From contig CAVYXA010000004.1 of the NCBI GenBank assembly GCA_963772365.1, positions 1-64,000 of the forward strand: a stretch of 64,000 nucleotides of DNA. Direction: 5' to 3'. The stretch's first letter is position 1. Every line of letters starts with the position of its first letter. The position numbers and the translations under genes are program-made. The notes under the pieces were generated by a model, which was not told the origin of the DNA, did no database searches, and was given only the letters and a program-made list of their open reading frames with translations. Below, one piece after another: positions 41,828-51,547 of this stretch. Origin of the DNA: an uncultured Verrucomicrobiae bacterium (lineage in GTDB: Bacteria; Verrucomicrobiota; Verrucomicrobiia; Chthoniobacterales; UBA10450).

Positions 41828-42799
41828 ATGGCGAACAAGGCGCGGTTCTGGCGGAATCTCATTCTTATTGGTCTCGCGCACGTAGCGCTAATCATTGGGC
41901 TGATTCGTTGGAGTCGGGAACCAAAGATTGCAACGAGCCAAAGCGTCGTTTGGCTCAACGGCGGTGGCGCAGGCGATGGCAATGTTGCCAACGTTAAGAG
42001 TGCTCCAGCGCCGGAGATGGCGGTCGTCCCGACGCCTGAACCGAACCCGGTAGAAAAACTTGAAGAGGACCGCCCAACACTCGTTTCCGCCAAGAGCGAA
42101 ATCCAATTGCCTACCGCTACACCAAAACCGACTCCTAAACCGACGCCCAAGCCAACTCCGAAGGTCACGCTCAAGCCCGAAGTAAAGGAAACGCCAAAAC
42201 CAAAACCGAAACCGAAACATAAGCCAACACCCAAACCAAAACCAAAGGAGAAGAAAAAGACTGTTGTGGCAAAAGCTTCTCCTAAACCGACTCCCAAAAA
42301 GAAAGCGACTCCCGAGAAGTCAGATGACGAGGAGGAAAAGCAAGACGTCGATGCTGAGAAAAAGCGGATCGCCATGGCGGCGCTGGGAAAAAGTGACGCG
42401 AGTGAAGATGAAAAGCCGAAGAAAGCGACTGCTGCGAACAGCGGCTCCGGCAAAGGAACATCATCCGGCGCTGGCCGTCACAGTGGCGGCGCGGGCGCAG
42501 CCTCGCAATTCGGTTGGTACGGCGAGATGTTGCACGATCGTTTTCACAGCGAATGGATTCAGCCCACTACTGAAGTTTCGGCAGGCGAAAAAATTTCCGT
42601 GCTGGTGAAGATTCGAATTGAGAAAGATGGAACTGTTTCGCAATTTGAGATTATCAAGCCTTCCGGGAATGCAACGGTGGATGGATCCGTGGCAGCCGTT
42701 ACGAAGCGCGTGACACAAGTCGATCCTCTGCCCGACGGGCTCGGAAGCGACGGGCATTACGACGTACGAATCAACTTCGAACTCAATTCCGAACAATGA
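41828..42799 (+). CDS. tolA: TolA/TonB-like energy transducer
   Basis: N-terminal TM helix, PK/PT-rich linker, TonB C-terminal domain (SGN..VD.S). Confidence 0.75.
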   Translation: MANKARFWRNLILIGLAHVALIIGLIRWSREPKIATSQSVVWLNGGGAGDGNVANVKSAPAPEMAVVPTPEPNPVEKLEEDRPTLVSAKSEIQLPTATPKPTPKPTPKPTPKVTLKPEVKETPKPKPKPKHKPTPKPKPKEKKKTVVAKASPKPTPKKKATPEKSDDEEEKQDVDAEKKRIAMAALGKSDASEDEKPKKATAANSGSGKGTSSGAGRHSGGAGAASQFGWYGEMLHDRFHSEWIQPTTEVSAGEKISVLVKIRIEKDGTVSQFEIIKPSGNATVDGSVAAVTKRVTQVDPLPDGLGSDGHYDVRINFELNSEQ

Positions 42800-43953
42800 T
42801 CGGCAAGCTTTCAGTTTTTAGTTTTCAGATCTCAGCGCTTTTGGTTTGCGCAGCGATCACGATCTACGGCGCGGAACCACCGACGATCACCGTGAGCAAG
42901 AGCGATAAGATCAATCTCACAATTTCCACTTTAGGCGGAAGTGAAGGTGCGGCGGCAACCAAGACGTTGCAGAACGATCTCAATCTGTCTGGATATTTCG
43001 TGTTGAGCAGCAACGCTGCCTATACCGTGCACGGCTTGGCCAGCGGCGGAACGTTGCAGGGACGCATTGTCGATCATAGCGGGGGTACCGTTCTATCAAA
43101 AAGTTACAACGGCAGCGCTCGCGAGAATTCTCACCAATTCGCCGATGACATCATCGAAACGCTGAGCGGCAACAAAGGTTTTGCCGCGACCAAGATTGCC
43201 TTTATCGCAACACGAACCGGACACAAGGAAGTTTATGTTGCCGACTATGATGGATCGAACGCACGCCAGATGACGCACGACGGCGTCATCAGCGTGCATC
43301 CGTCGATCAGCCCGGACGGTCGCCGCATCGCTTACACGGGTTATCAAAGTGGCTACCCGGATGTGTACGTGATTGATCTCAGCAGCGGCGCACGAAATCG
43401 GATCGTAAATTTTCCGGGCACAAACAGCGGTGCAGCGTTTTCGCCGGACGGGAATCGCATCGCGCTCACAGTAAGCAGAGATGGAAATCCCGAGCTTTAC
43501 ACGGTTAGCGCGCGTGGCGGCAGCGCGCGAAGGTTAACGAGAACACACGGAATGGAATCGGGTCCAAGTTGGTCGCCCAACGGCGATGAAATTGTTTATT
43601 CGTTCGACGGAGGCAATGGACCGCAGCTTTACCGGATTTCATCCGGCGGCGGGAGCGGCTCGCATATTTCGACGGGATACGGTTATTGCACCGAGCCGAA
43701 TTGGTCGCCAGACGGAAAGAAAATTGCCTTTAATGTGCGCGGTGGTGGCGGATTTCAGGTCGCGATTGTCGATCCTAACGGCGGTGGCGCGCACATCGTA
43801 GGATCCGGCGAAAATCCCGTCTGGGGCGCGGATTCGCGCCACATCATGTGCACCCAGGACAGCGCGCTTTATCTGGTGGACACGGTAACAAGCCGCAAAA
43901 CGAAAATTCTCGACGGCCTCGGACGAATCACCGAGCCAAGTTGGTCGCGGTAA
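42796..43953 (+). CDS. tolB: TolB periplasmic beta-propeller
   Basis: TKIAF, DYDG.N, repeated SPDG PD40 blades. Confidence 0.88.
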   Translation: MIGKLSVFSFQISALLVCAAITIYGAEPPTITVSKSDKINLTISTLGGSEGAAATKTLQNDLNLSGYFVLSSNAAYTVHGLASGGTLQGRIVDHSGGTVLSKSYNGSARENSHQFADDIIETLSGNKGFAATKIAFIATRTGHKEVYVADYDGSNARQMTHDGVISVHPSISPDGRRIAYTGYQSGYPDVYVIDLSSGARNRIVNFPGTNSGAAFSPDGNRIALTVSRDGNPELYTVSARGGSARRLTRTHGMESGPSWSPNGDEIVYSFDGGNGPQLYRISSGGGSGSHISTGYGYCTEPNWSPDGKKIAFNVRGGGGFQVAIVDPNGGGAHIVGSGENPVWGADSRHIMCTQDSALYLVDTVTSRKTKILDGLGRITEPSWSR

Positions 43954-43969
43954 TTTCTTCGCTGTAAAT

Positions 43970-44980
43970 TTACAACAGCGCCAGCGATTTGCCTTCGCGT
44001 CCAGTGACTTGATCCATGGTGCATTGGCGGGGCGATTTGTCGGGTCGCCAGCGGAGAAATTTCGTCCCGTGCCGGAACCGGCCGCCTGTGAAATGATCGT
44101 AGGCAACTTCGACTACACTCTTAGGTTCGACAGGTTCCCATTGGCCGCTTCTCTCAGTGCTCCAGCGACTCGGCCCGCCTGGCGCATTGCCGGTGAATCC
44201 CGGTGGGTTGCGCAATGCTTCAAATTTTTTTGTGAGCGAACGGCGTTCGCTTGCCTTGATTGCGGATGTGAAGCCAACATGATGAAGTAATCCATCATCG
44301 CCGTACAAACCGAGCAAAAGCGAGCCGAGAACTTTGCCGCTGCTGGCATAACGAAATCCGCCCACTACGCAATCCGCGCTCCGGATCTTTTTTACCTTCA
44401 CCATCGCGGTCCGTTCACCGGAAGCGTAGGGCAGATCGAGACGTTTTGCGATTACGCCATCGAGATCGCCGCCGGCTTTAGCAAACCATTTCTGTGCCTG
44501 CTTCAGGTTCGTCGTGGCTGGCGACAGTTTCACAGCCCCTGTGAGTTCGAATTTATCGAGCTGGACCCGCCGCACGCGAAGCGGCTGTTTTAAATACGAT
44601 TGTCGATCCTGCGCGAGCAGATCGAATACGACATAGATGGCCGGTTGTACTTTCGCTAATTTCGCAACCCGGCTGGCGGCGGGATGCAAACGCAATTGCA
44701 ATTCGTCAAAAGAAAGTCTGCCACCAACCGCGATTGCTAGCTCACCATCGACGACGAAATTCCGACCCGGCAATTTTCTCACCGATTCCACCACATCAGG
44801 AAAATAGCGCCCTAGCGGTCGTCCGTTTTTCGATTGCAGATAAACATCGTTCCCGTTTCGAAAAGCTATGCAGCGAAACCCATCCCATTTCGGTTCGTAC
44901 TGCCAATTATCACCGACTGGAATTTCCTCCACTGTGCGCGCCTCCATGGGCGGAAGAGGCGGTTTAATTGCAAATTTCAT
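43970..44980 (-). CDS. ligC: ATP-dependent DNA ligase, LigC type
   Basis: YEPKWDGFR motif I, VDGE, VFDLL, DGVIAK, KVK, RFRHGT..LRWRPDK. Confidence 0.88.
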   Translation of the reverse strand: MKFAIKPPLPPMEARTVEEIPVGDNWQYEPKWDGFRCIAFRNGNDVYLQSKNGRPLGRYFPDVVESVRKLPGRNFVVDGELAIAVGGRLSFDELQLRLHPAASRVAKLAKVQPAIYVVFDLLAQDRQSYLKQPLRVRRVQLDKFELTGAVKLSPATTNLKQAQKWFAKAGGDLDGVIAKRLDLPYASGERTAMVKVKKIRSADCVVGGFRYASSGKVLGSLLLGLYGDDGLLHHVGFTSAIKASERRSLTKKFEALRNPPGFTGNAPGGPSRWSTERSGQWEPVEPKSVVEVAYDHFTGGRFRHGTKFLRWRPDKSPRQCTMDQVTGREGKSLALL

Positions 44981-45650
44981 CCCGAGCGTAACGCCGTGGA
45001 GTCAATTTTGGCGGGCGCTTCCCATTTCGAATGGCTCCGGCGACGGGAATATATCGCAACTCCTGTCGATCGTGTGCGCATCGCAGCATCAAACCTCCGC
45101 GACTCATGTCGCCGCGTCCGATAAAATCTGCCGGGAAACAAAGCTTTTTCTGAAAATTGGCGAGAAGAACATCGACATATTTTCCGCTGGCAATGCTTCC
45201 GAGTAGAACAACGTCGGATGTAATGGATAATTTTCTCGCAAGGAGCCCGGCGTCTCGCTCGAGCGGTTTGCGATAGCGCGGATCGTTTTCGTCGATGTCG
45301 ATCTCGGCAAACTCGCGTAGATCCTCGAGTCGAATCCGCGTCTGAGCATCGACAAGTCCGCGTGTTGGTGTGATCACAAACACGGCGGAAGCGCCGTTAG
45401 CCGAACGCGCGAAAGTTTCCGCGTAGGCGATCTTGCCGCGGAAATAGAGTCCGCTCAAAAATGTAAACACCTCGGCAATGCTCGCTCCGCGCCTGCTCCG
45501 AAGTTTTTTCGCGAGATCAAATTTCGCAGTCTCTCTCAGGATCATCTGTGCGCGTCGGCCACCCGCGTAAGCCGGCGATAACAAAAAGATGCGGCTTTCA
45601 CCGGTTTGGCGAGCCTGGTCAGTTTCCGAATTTTTCATCCTCATTATCAC
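44964..45650 (-). CDS. Hypothetical protein overlapping the ligC start
   Basis: 228-aa ORF with motif-like blocks FLLSPA, FLSGLYFRGK, LLGSIASGKY, GRGDMSRGGL. Confidence 0.7.
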   Translation of the reverse strand: MIMRMKNSETDQARQTGESRIFLLSPAYAGGRRAQMILRETAKFDLAKKLRSRRGASIAEVFTFLSGLYFRGKIAYAETFARSANGASAVFVITPTRGLVDAQTRIRLEDLREFAEIDIDENDPRYRKPLERDAGLLARKLSITSDVVLLGSIASGKYVDVLLANFQKKLCFPADFIGRGDMSRGGLMLRCAHDRQELRYIPVAGAIRNGKRPPKLTPRRYARDEICN

Positions 45651-45742
45651 CGCGCAATCTTCCGATTCGATCGCTCTGGTGCAAGTTTTCGCCTCGACCT
45701 AATTCTATCAAGTGTTGCCTTTAGGCCGCTGTTCGGAAAATA

Positions 45743-46699
45743 ATGAAAGGCATGCGCTGGCCTGTGAAACTGCAAGCCGATGATCGTGATGAATGGGAAC
45801 GGCGGTGCTCAACAAACGGGCATCAGCCTGATTTCATCTGCATCGGCGCCCAAAAGTCCGGGACTTCGTGGCTGTATCATCAACTTACATGCCACGCCGA
45901 TTTTTGGATGCCGCCGGTCAAAGAGCTGCACTACTTCGATCTGCTGAGCAAGTTCAAGCGGAAAAAACCTCCGCGTTGTCAGGACGAACGCGACCGCTGG
46001 TTCATGGAAAAGTTACTGGAGCTCACCCAACGGCCGTATCTCGATCTGGAAAGGTATTCGGGCTTGTTCCAATGCAAAGGGACGCTCCTGTGCGGTGATA
46101 TCACTCCAGGCTATTCAATTCTAAGCGAGGAAATCATCGAGCAGGTCATGGATTTTTTTCCAGATCTCAAGGTCATCTTTCTGGCCCGCGATCCAGTGGA
46201 GAGAGCGTGGTCGCAATTGTCGATGGACGTCCGGCTGGGAGGGGTTCGCTTGTCCGATCCCGCAGATGGCGATGAGGTCATCCGGAACTTGCGCAATCCC
46301 GCAGTTTTGCTGCGTTCGTTTCCAAGCAAAATTATTGCGCGTTGGCGCCGCTATGTACGGCCAGAATTGTTGCGGATTTATTTCTTTGACGATTTGGAGC
46401 GACAACCGGGGAAAGTTCGCGATGAGATCATCAGTTTCCTGGGGGGCGATCCAGAAAAGCCAAGCGGCCGAATCGCACCCGATTACAACACGAATCGCGG
46501 AAGCGAAAAATCTCGATTCACTGACCGAGTCCGTTCGCGCCTTGCCGATTTTTTTCAAGAAGAACTGAGAACCTGCGCATCAGAACTGGGCGGACCGGCG
46601 AAAAATTGGCCCGCACGGTACGGGTTTTCACTGCTTTGGTTCCTGCTTGATTTGGCGAATGATCTCGATCTCTTCGGCTGGTGCGATTCCTTTACCTGA
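45743..46699 (+). CDS. PAPS-dependent sulfotransferase family protein
   Basis: PDFICIGAQKSGTSWL (5'-PSB), KELHYF, RDPVERAWS (3'-PB). Confidence 0.88.
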   Translation: MKGMRWPVKLQADDRDEWERRCSTNGHQPDFICIGAQKSGTSWLYHQLTCHADFWMPPVKELHYFDLLSKFKRKKPPRCQDERDRWFMEKLLELTQRPYLDLERYSGLFQCKGTLLCGDITPGYSILSEEIIEQVMDFFPDLKVIFLARDPVERAWSQLSMDVRLGGVRLSDPADGDEVIRNLRNPAVLLRSFPSKIIARWRRYVRPELLRIYFFDDLERQPGKVRDEIISFLGGDPEKPSGRIAPDYNTNRGSEKSRFTDRVRSRLADFFQEELRTCASELGGPAKNWPARYGFSLLWFLLDLANDLDLFGWCDSFT

Positions 46700-46777
46700 A
46701 GTCGTTGATTTTTTATTATCATCGCCTGGGCCGGGTCGAGATCACATTCCGTGAATTTGAGGCAGAGCGAATCGATC

Positions 46778-47176
46778 TCAATCGCCCGCAGACGTTGCAG
46801 AGAAGACGCCGCGGTTTTTTCTCTCCGCCCGGGTCCGATTCGCCTCGAGCTCAGCCAAATGTTTTTCTGACCATCGACAAAGCGCGTGCAATGGCTCGAT
46901 CAATGTTCGTCCGAGGCGAGTCAACGAATACTCAACCTTGGGCGGAACGACGGGGTGGACCTTTCGCTGGACTAGTCCGTCGCGCTCGAGACTTCGCAGA
47001 GTTTGAGTAAGCATCTTCTGCGAGATGCCGCCGATCTCACGCTGGAGCGTTGCGTAGCGCATCGTTCCGCGAGCGAGAATCTGGATGATGAGCGCGGTCC
47101 ATTTGTCCGCAATCCGATCGAGGACGAGCCGGGAAGGGCACTGCGGCTCCAGAACAGAGGGAGGGGATTTCGCCAT
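46778..47176 (-). CDS. HxlR-family winged-helix regulator
   Basis: CP.R..LD.IADKW, GISQKMLTQTLR.LERDG, VPPKVEYSLT. Confidence 0.92.
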   Translation of the reverse strand: MAKSPPSVLEPQCPSRLVLDRIADKWTALIIQILARGTMRYATLQREIGGISQKMLTQTLRSLERDGLVQRKVHPVVPPKVEYSLTRLGRTLIEPLHALCRWSEKHLAELEANRTRAERKNRGVFSATSAGD

Positions 47177-47283
47177 GACTTTGTCTAGCCTACGGATAAA
47201 GCCAGAGCAACATCCCAGATGGAGTGTATGGGCAGCCTCGACATGTATTTGACGCAATGATGGGCTGCTTGGAAATTTGGGAT

Positions 47284-48339
47284 ATGCCAATTTATTTAAA
47301 GGAACCTGAAGCTCTCGACTTATTGCTCAGCGAGACAAATCCGGGAAGCCCTTCGCGCAGCGAAGCGGCTGCAGCCATGCCGAACGATGCAATGCTGTTG
47401 GACGAATATTCGCGAACCGTCGTGGACGCAGTGGACCGCGTCTCGCCAGCGGTGGTTAACATCGACATCAAACAGCGGCAGCACGGCCGCCGTGGAACAC
47501 GCGAAATCGGCGGCAGCGGATCAGGCTTCATCGTCGCGCCGGACGGATTCATTTTGACGAACAGCCATGTCGTCCATGACGCCACGGAGATCACGGTGAA
47601 TCTATCCGATGGTCGCGATTATCGCGCCCAACTCATCGGCGATGATCCCGATACCGATCTCGCCGTGATTCGCATCGACGCGCCGCAGCTGAAGCATGTT
47701 CGCCTGGCTGATTCGGAAAATTTGCGCGTCGGCCAGATCGTGATCGCGATTGGCAATCCGCTCGGTTTTCAGGCGAGCGTGACCGCAGGAGTGATCAGTG
47801 CGCTCGGGCGATCGATGCATTCGACGTCCGGGCGTTTGATCGACAATATCATCCAAACCGACGCTGCTTTGAATCCGGGAAACTCCGGCGGGCCGCTCGT
47901 CAATTCCACCGGCGAGGTGATCGGTGTCAACACGGCCATGATCCGTCCGGCCCAGGGCATCTGTTTTGCCATAGCCAGCAACACCGCGAAGTTTGTTGCC
48001 GGCTGGCTCATTCGAGACGGGCTGATTCGGCGCAGTTACATTGGCGTCGCCGGCCAAAACGTGCCGATTCATCGGCGCATCGTCCGGTTTTACAATTTTC
48101 AGGTTGAGACGGGCGTCTTGGTTGCGTCGGTCGAAAAGGCAAGCCCGGCAGCGCGGGCCGGTCTGCGTGAAGGGGACGTGATCGTGGCCTTCAATGACAA
48201 AGCAATCGGGAACATTTACGAGCTTCATAAGATTCTTATGGGTGACCAGATCGGCGTCCGCTCCGAGATCACTGTCATTCGGCACACAGAAAAATTGAAG
48301 TTGTCGATCTTGCCTGCGGAATCACCGCCGCGAATGTAG
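47284..48339 (+). CDS. HtrA/DegP-like serine protease with one PDZ domain
   Basis: TNSHV, DLAV, TDAALNPGNSGGPL, PDZ SPAARAGL. Confidence 0.92.
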   Translation: MPIYLKEPEALDLLLSETNPGSPSRSEAAAAMPNDAMLLDEYSRTVVDAVDRVSPAVVNIDIKQRQHGRRGTREIGGSGSGFIVAPDGFILTNSHVVHDATEITVNLSDGRDYRAQLIGDDPDTDLAVIRIDAPQLKHVRLADSENLRVGQIVIAIGNPLGFQASVTAGVISALGRSMHSTSGRLIDNIIQTDAALNPGNSGGPLVNSTGEVIGVNTAMIRPAQGICFAIASNTAKFVAGWLIRDGLIRRSYIGVAGQNVPIHRRIVRFYNFQVETGVLVASVEKASPAARAGLREGDVIVAFNDKAIGNIYELHKILMGDQIGVRSEITVIRHTEKLKLSILPAESPPRM

Positions 48340-48343
48340 CGCG

Positions 48344-49627
48344 GTGAAGATCCTGGTCATCGGTTCCGGCGGGCGCGAGCACGCGCTGGCTTGGAAGCTG
48401 TCGCAATCGCCCGGAGTGGAGCGAATCTTTTGTGCGCCCGGAAACGCTGGCACGGCTGGACTGGGTGATAATCTGGATATCAAGGCCAACGATCTTTCCG
48501 CTTTGGTTCGCTTTGCCAAAGAAAATGCGGTGGACCTAACCGTCGTCGGTCCGGATGATCCGCTGGCCGCCGGCATCGTCGATCTCTTCCAGGCAGAAAA
48601 GCTACGCGTCTTCGGTCCTAGTAAATCGGCTGCCCGGCTGGAATCGTCGAAGATTTTTGCCAAGGAATTGATGCGCGCTCAAAAAATTCCGACCGCGGAA
48701 GCGAGGACTTTTTCGAAAAGCGACGAAGCGCTGAATTATTGCGAGCAGCTTGATTTTCCAATTGTGATCAAGGCCGATGGACTGGCTCTGGGAAAAGGTG
48801 TGATTATTGCGCCAGACGCAGCAACGGCACGATCGACAATCGAAGAAATGATGGCGCGCGGTCGATTCGGCGAGGCGGGCCGACGCATCGTGATCGAAAA
48901 ATTTTTGTCGGGATCGGAATGCTCGCTGCACGCCTTAGTTGATGGAAAAAACTATTTGTTGCTCGAATCGGCACGCGATCACAAACGGGCCTTCGATGAC
49001 GATCGCGGCCCGAACACAGGCGGTATGGGCGCGTCCAGTCCGGCCAGTAATTGGAGCACGGAATTGGAAACTCAATTTCAAAAAGCAATCATGTATCCGC
49101 TGCTGGATGGGCTGCGGTCGAAAGGAATTACTTTTCGCGGGCTGCTGTTTCCGGGACTCATGATCACGAATGGCAGCGCACGCGTTCTGGAGTTCAACTG
49201 CCGATTCGGCGATCCGGAGACGCAGGTTATTCTACCGCGAATGAAATCCGAGCTGCTTCCGCTTCTCGAGGCTACAATCGATGGAACGATCGGCAAATGT
49301 TCGGTCGAATGGGACGCCCGTCCTGCAGTGAGCGTCGTCCTGGCTTCCGGCGGGTATCCGGATAAATACGACACGGGCAAGCCGATTTCAGGGCTCGACG
49401 AAGCAGAGAAGCTTGATGATGTCCAAATTTTTCATGCCGGAACACGAAACGTTAATGGCCGAATTGTAACCGCCGGCGGCCGTGTGCTCGCGGTCACGGC
49501 GCTAGGATCGACAATCGAAGCCGCCCGGACTCGCGCCTACGAAGCCATTTCGCATATTCATTTTGATGGCATGCATTACCGGCGCGATATCGCCGTAAAT
49601 CGTGAATCTGCGGCGCGGATTGAGTGA
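48344..49627 (+). CDS. purD: Phosphoribosylamine-glycine ligase
   Basis: GSGGREHAL, KADGLALGKGV, GPNTGGMG, EFNCRFGDPE. Confidence 0.97.
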   Translation: MKILVIGSGGREHALAWKLSQSPGVERIFCAPGNAGTAGLGDNLDIKANDLSALVRFAKENAVDLTVVGPDDPLAAGIVDLFQAEKLRVFGPSKSAARLESSKIFAKELMRAQKIPTAEARTFSKSDEALNYCEQLDFPIVIKADGLALGKGVIIAPDAATARSTIEEMMARGRFGEAGRRIVIEKFLSGSECSLHALVDGKNYLLLESARDHKRAFDDDRGPNTGGMGASSPASNWSTELETQFQKAIMYPLLDGLRSKGITFRGLLFPGLMITNGSARVLEFNCRFGDPETQVILPRMKSELLPLLEATIDGTIGKCSVEWDARPAVSVVLASGGYPDKYDTGKPISGLDEAEKLDDVQIFHAGTRNVNGRIVTAGGRVLAVTALGSTIEAARTRAYEAISHIHFDGMHYRRDIAVNRESAARIE

Positions 49628-49658
49628 CTGTTAAACAAAGTATAGGTTTCTCACGCTA

Positions 49659-50816
49659 ATGTCTGTCTCTCGGCCGCTTACTTTCACCCTTCGATTTCCT
49701 GGCGCTTTAGCGGTCTTTTTCCTCGGCATCGTTTCCAGCGCGGAGATGCTGGCGCAGCCGCCAAGGCCATCTCCCGCCCGGCTGCCGACGCCAACCAAAT
49801 CGTCGGCGACACCATCTCCTTCACCACCCTCTACGCCGACGAAAGAGGAATTGATTAACGAACTGACGCCCGCTGATTTGCAATCGGCCATTGGATTTTT
49901 CAAAAACAATTTCGCAAACCCCGGCGCCCTGAGTGAAGTCGAACTGAATCGCGCGCTGGTGGAAGGATTGATGACACGTCACAATCGCGGGGCGATGCTT
50001 TTGCCCGCTGGCGCGAGCGCCTCCGGCAGTCCGCCGAGCCCATTTTACAGTGAGATTTTGGAAGGGCACATCGGCTATTTGCGTCTGGGAACGCTGAATT
50101 CTGCGAATCTTCAGGAACTCGATAAAGCCCTTCCGCAGTTTGTTTCGAAAAAGGTCGACGCGATCATTCTCGATCTTCGGGGCAGCTCTGAATCCAACGA
50201 TTTTGCAATCGCAGCGGAAATCGCGAATCGATTTTGTTCCCGAGGAAAACCGCTTTTTAGCTTGCATAAACCGGGGGCGCGCCAGGACAGAATGTTTAAT
50301 TCCGATCGCAATCCCGCATTTCAAGGATTGACCGTTGTGCTGACCGACGGCGAGACGGCAGGTGGGGCGGAAGCTGTCGCTGGCGCGCTGCGGATGAATG
50401 ACAAAGCCCTTATCATCGGTGAGCCGACGGCCGGTCGCGCGGCGGAATATTCCGACCTGCAATTGCCGAGCGGCAAGATTCTTCGCCTGGCGGCGGCGGA
50501 CGCGGTTTTGCCTGACGGCCAGCAATTATTTCCCGATGGAATCAAACCCGATGTGCCGGTGGAGATGTCGATAGTAAACAAGCGCCAGATTTTTCAGCTG
50601 AGCGCCCAAAACGGACTCGGCCCGTTTGTTTACGAAGCGGAACGGCCACATATGAATGAAGCAGCGCTTATCGCGGGGACGAACCCGGAACTAGACGCGG
50701 CCGAAGCCGAGCAGCGACGGCGGCAGCCCGGAGCGTCAAGACCCGCAGTGCACGATGTGGTTTTGCAGCGCGCTCTCGATCTGGTGACATCCGTCGAGAT
50801 TTATCAAAAACGATAA
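49659..50816 (+). CDS. S41 (C-terminal processing peptidase) family homolog, apparently non-catalytic
   Basis: IGYLRL, ILDLRG, GIKPD, D..LQRA; TAGGAE where active enzymes have ASASE. Confidence 0.75.
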   Translation: MSVSRPLTFTLRFPGALAVFFLGIVSSAEMLAQPPRPSPARLPTPTKSSATPSPSPPSTPTKEELINELTPADLQSAIGFFKNNFANPGALSEVELNRALVEGLMTRHNRGAMLLPAGASASGSPPSPFYSEILEGHIGYLRLGTLNSANLQELDKALPQFVSKKVDAIILDLRGSSESNDFAIAAEIANRFCSRGKPLFSLHKPGARQDRMFNSDRNPAFQGLTVVLTDGETAGGAEAVAGALRMNDKALIIGEPTAGRAAEYSDLQLPSGKILRLAAADAVLPDGQQLFPDGIKPDVPVEMSIVNKRQIFQLSAQNGLGPFVYEAERPHMNEAALIAGTNPELDAAEAEQRRRQPGASRPAVHDVVLQRALDLVTSVEIYQKR

Positions 50817-50817
50817 G

Positions 50818-51435
50818 CTAACTGGAAGAGCTCGCCTGGGCGTTGGGGGCTGAGGTTGGCTTTGGCGCAGTCGGCAGGCTGCGCGTGCGCAATTCCTCGA
50901 CGTTTGGCAATTCGTCCAGATTGCGCAAGCCGAAGTGATCCAGGAAGAATTGCGTCGTTTCGTAAAGAAGCGGACGACCCGGAATTTCCGCGCGGCCGGC
51001 AATTTTCACCAGACCGCGCTCCATCAATGTTTGGAGAACGCCATCGATGTTGACGCCACGGACAGCTTCCACATCGGCGCGGGTAATGGGCTGGCGATAA
51101 GCAATGATGGCCAATGTTTCCAAAGCTGGCGCGGTCAGGCGCGCGGGTTTGGGAGCAGGGAAAAGTTCACTCACCCAGCTCGCATAGCGAGGATCGGTGA
51201 TGAATTGCCAGCCACCGGCTTTTTCGGCCAATTGAAAACCGCGCTCCTGCTGAATGCATTCCACCTTCAATTCCTGTAATGCGGCCGCCACTTCCGGTTC
51301 CTTTATTTTTGCAAATTCATTAAGCGTAAGTTCATCCTCGCCGCCGGCACGCCGGAGAGTATCGACAATCTCCTTGGCTGAGATCGGTTTTTGTGCGCTA
51401 AACAGAAGCGCTTCGATGACGCGAATAAGACTCAT
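50818..51435 (-). CDS. scpB: SMC-Scp complex subunit ScpB
   Basis: IEALLF, ALETLAIIAYRQPITRA.VEAVRGV, PGRPLLY.TT..FL..FGL. Confidence 0.95.
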   Translation of the reverse strand: MSLIRVIEALLFSAQKPISAKEIVDTLRRAGGEDELTLNEFAKIKEPEVAAALQELKVECIQQERGFQLAEKAGGWQFITDPRYASWVSELFPAPKPARLTAPALETLAIIAYRQPITRADVEAVRGVNIDGVLQTLMERGLVKIAGRAEIPGRPLLYETTQFFLDHFGLRNLDELPNVEELRTRSLPTAPKPTSAPNAQASSSS

Positions 51436-51449
51436 AAATCAAAAGCCTA

Positions 51450-51542
51450 GTCATCCCGAGCGCAGCGAAGCGGAGTAGAGGGACCCCGGTGCGTTGGCTT
51501 TCCGGTTTTGCAACGGGATTCCTCGGCTCCGCTCGGAATGAC
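51450..51542. repeat. Family D element between glmM and scpB
   Basis: GTCATCCCGAGCGCAGCGAAGCGGAG...CTCCGCTCGGAATGAC. Confidence 0.88.
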
Positions 51543-51547
51543 AGTCT

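Noticed and set aside
42110..42310. CCAAAACCG-like tandem repeats
   Set aside because: They encode the ordinary PK/PT-rich linker of TolA/TonB.
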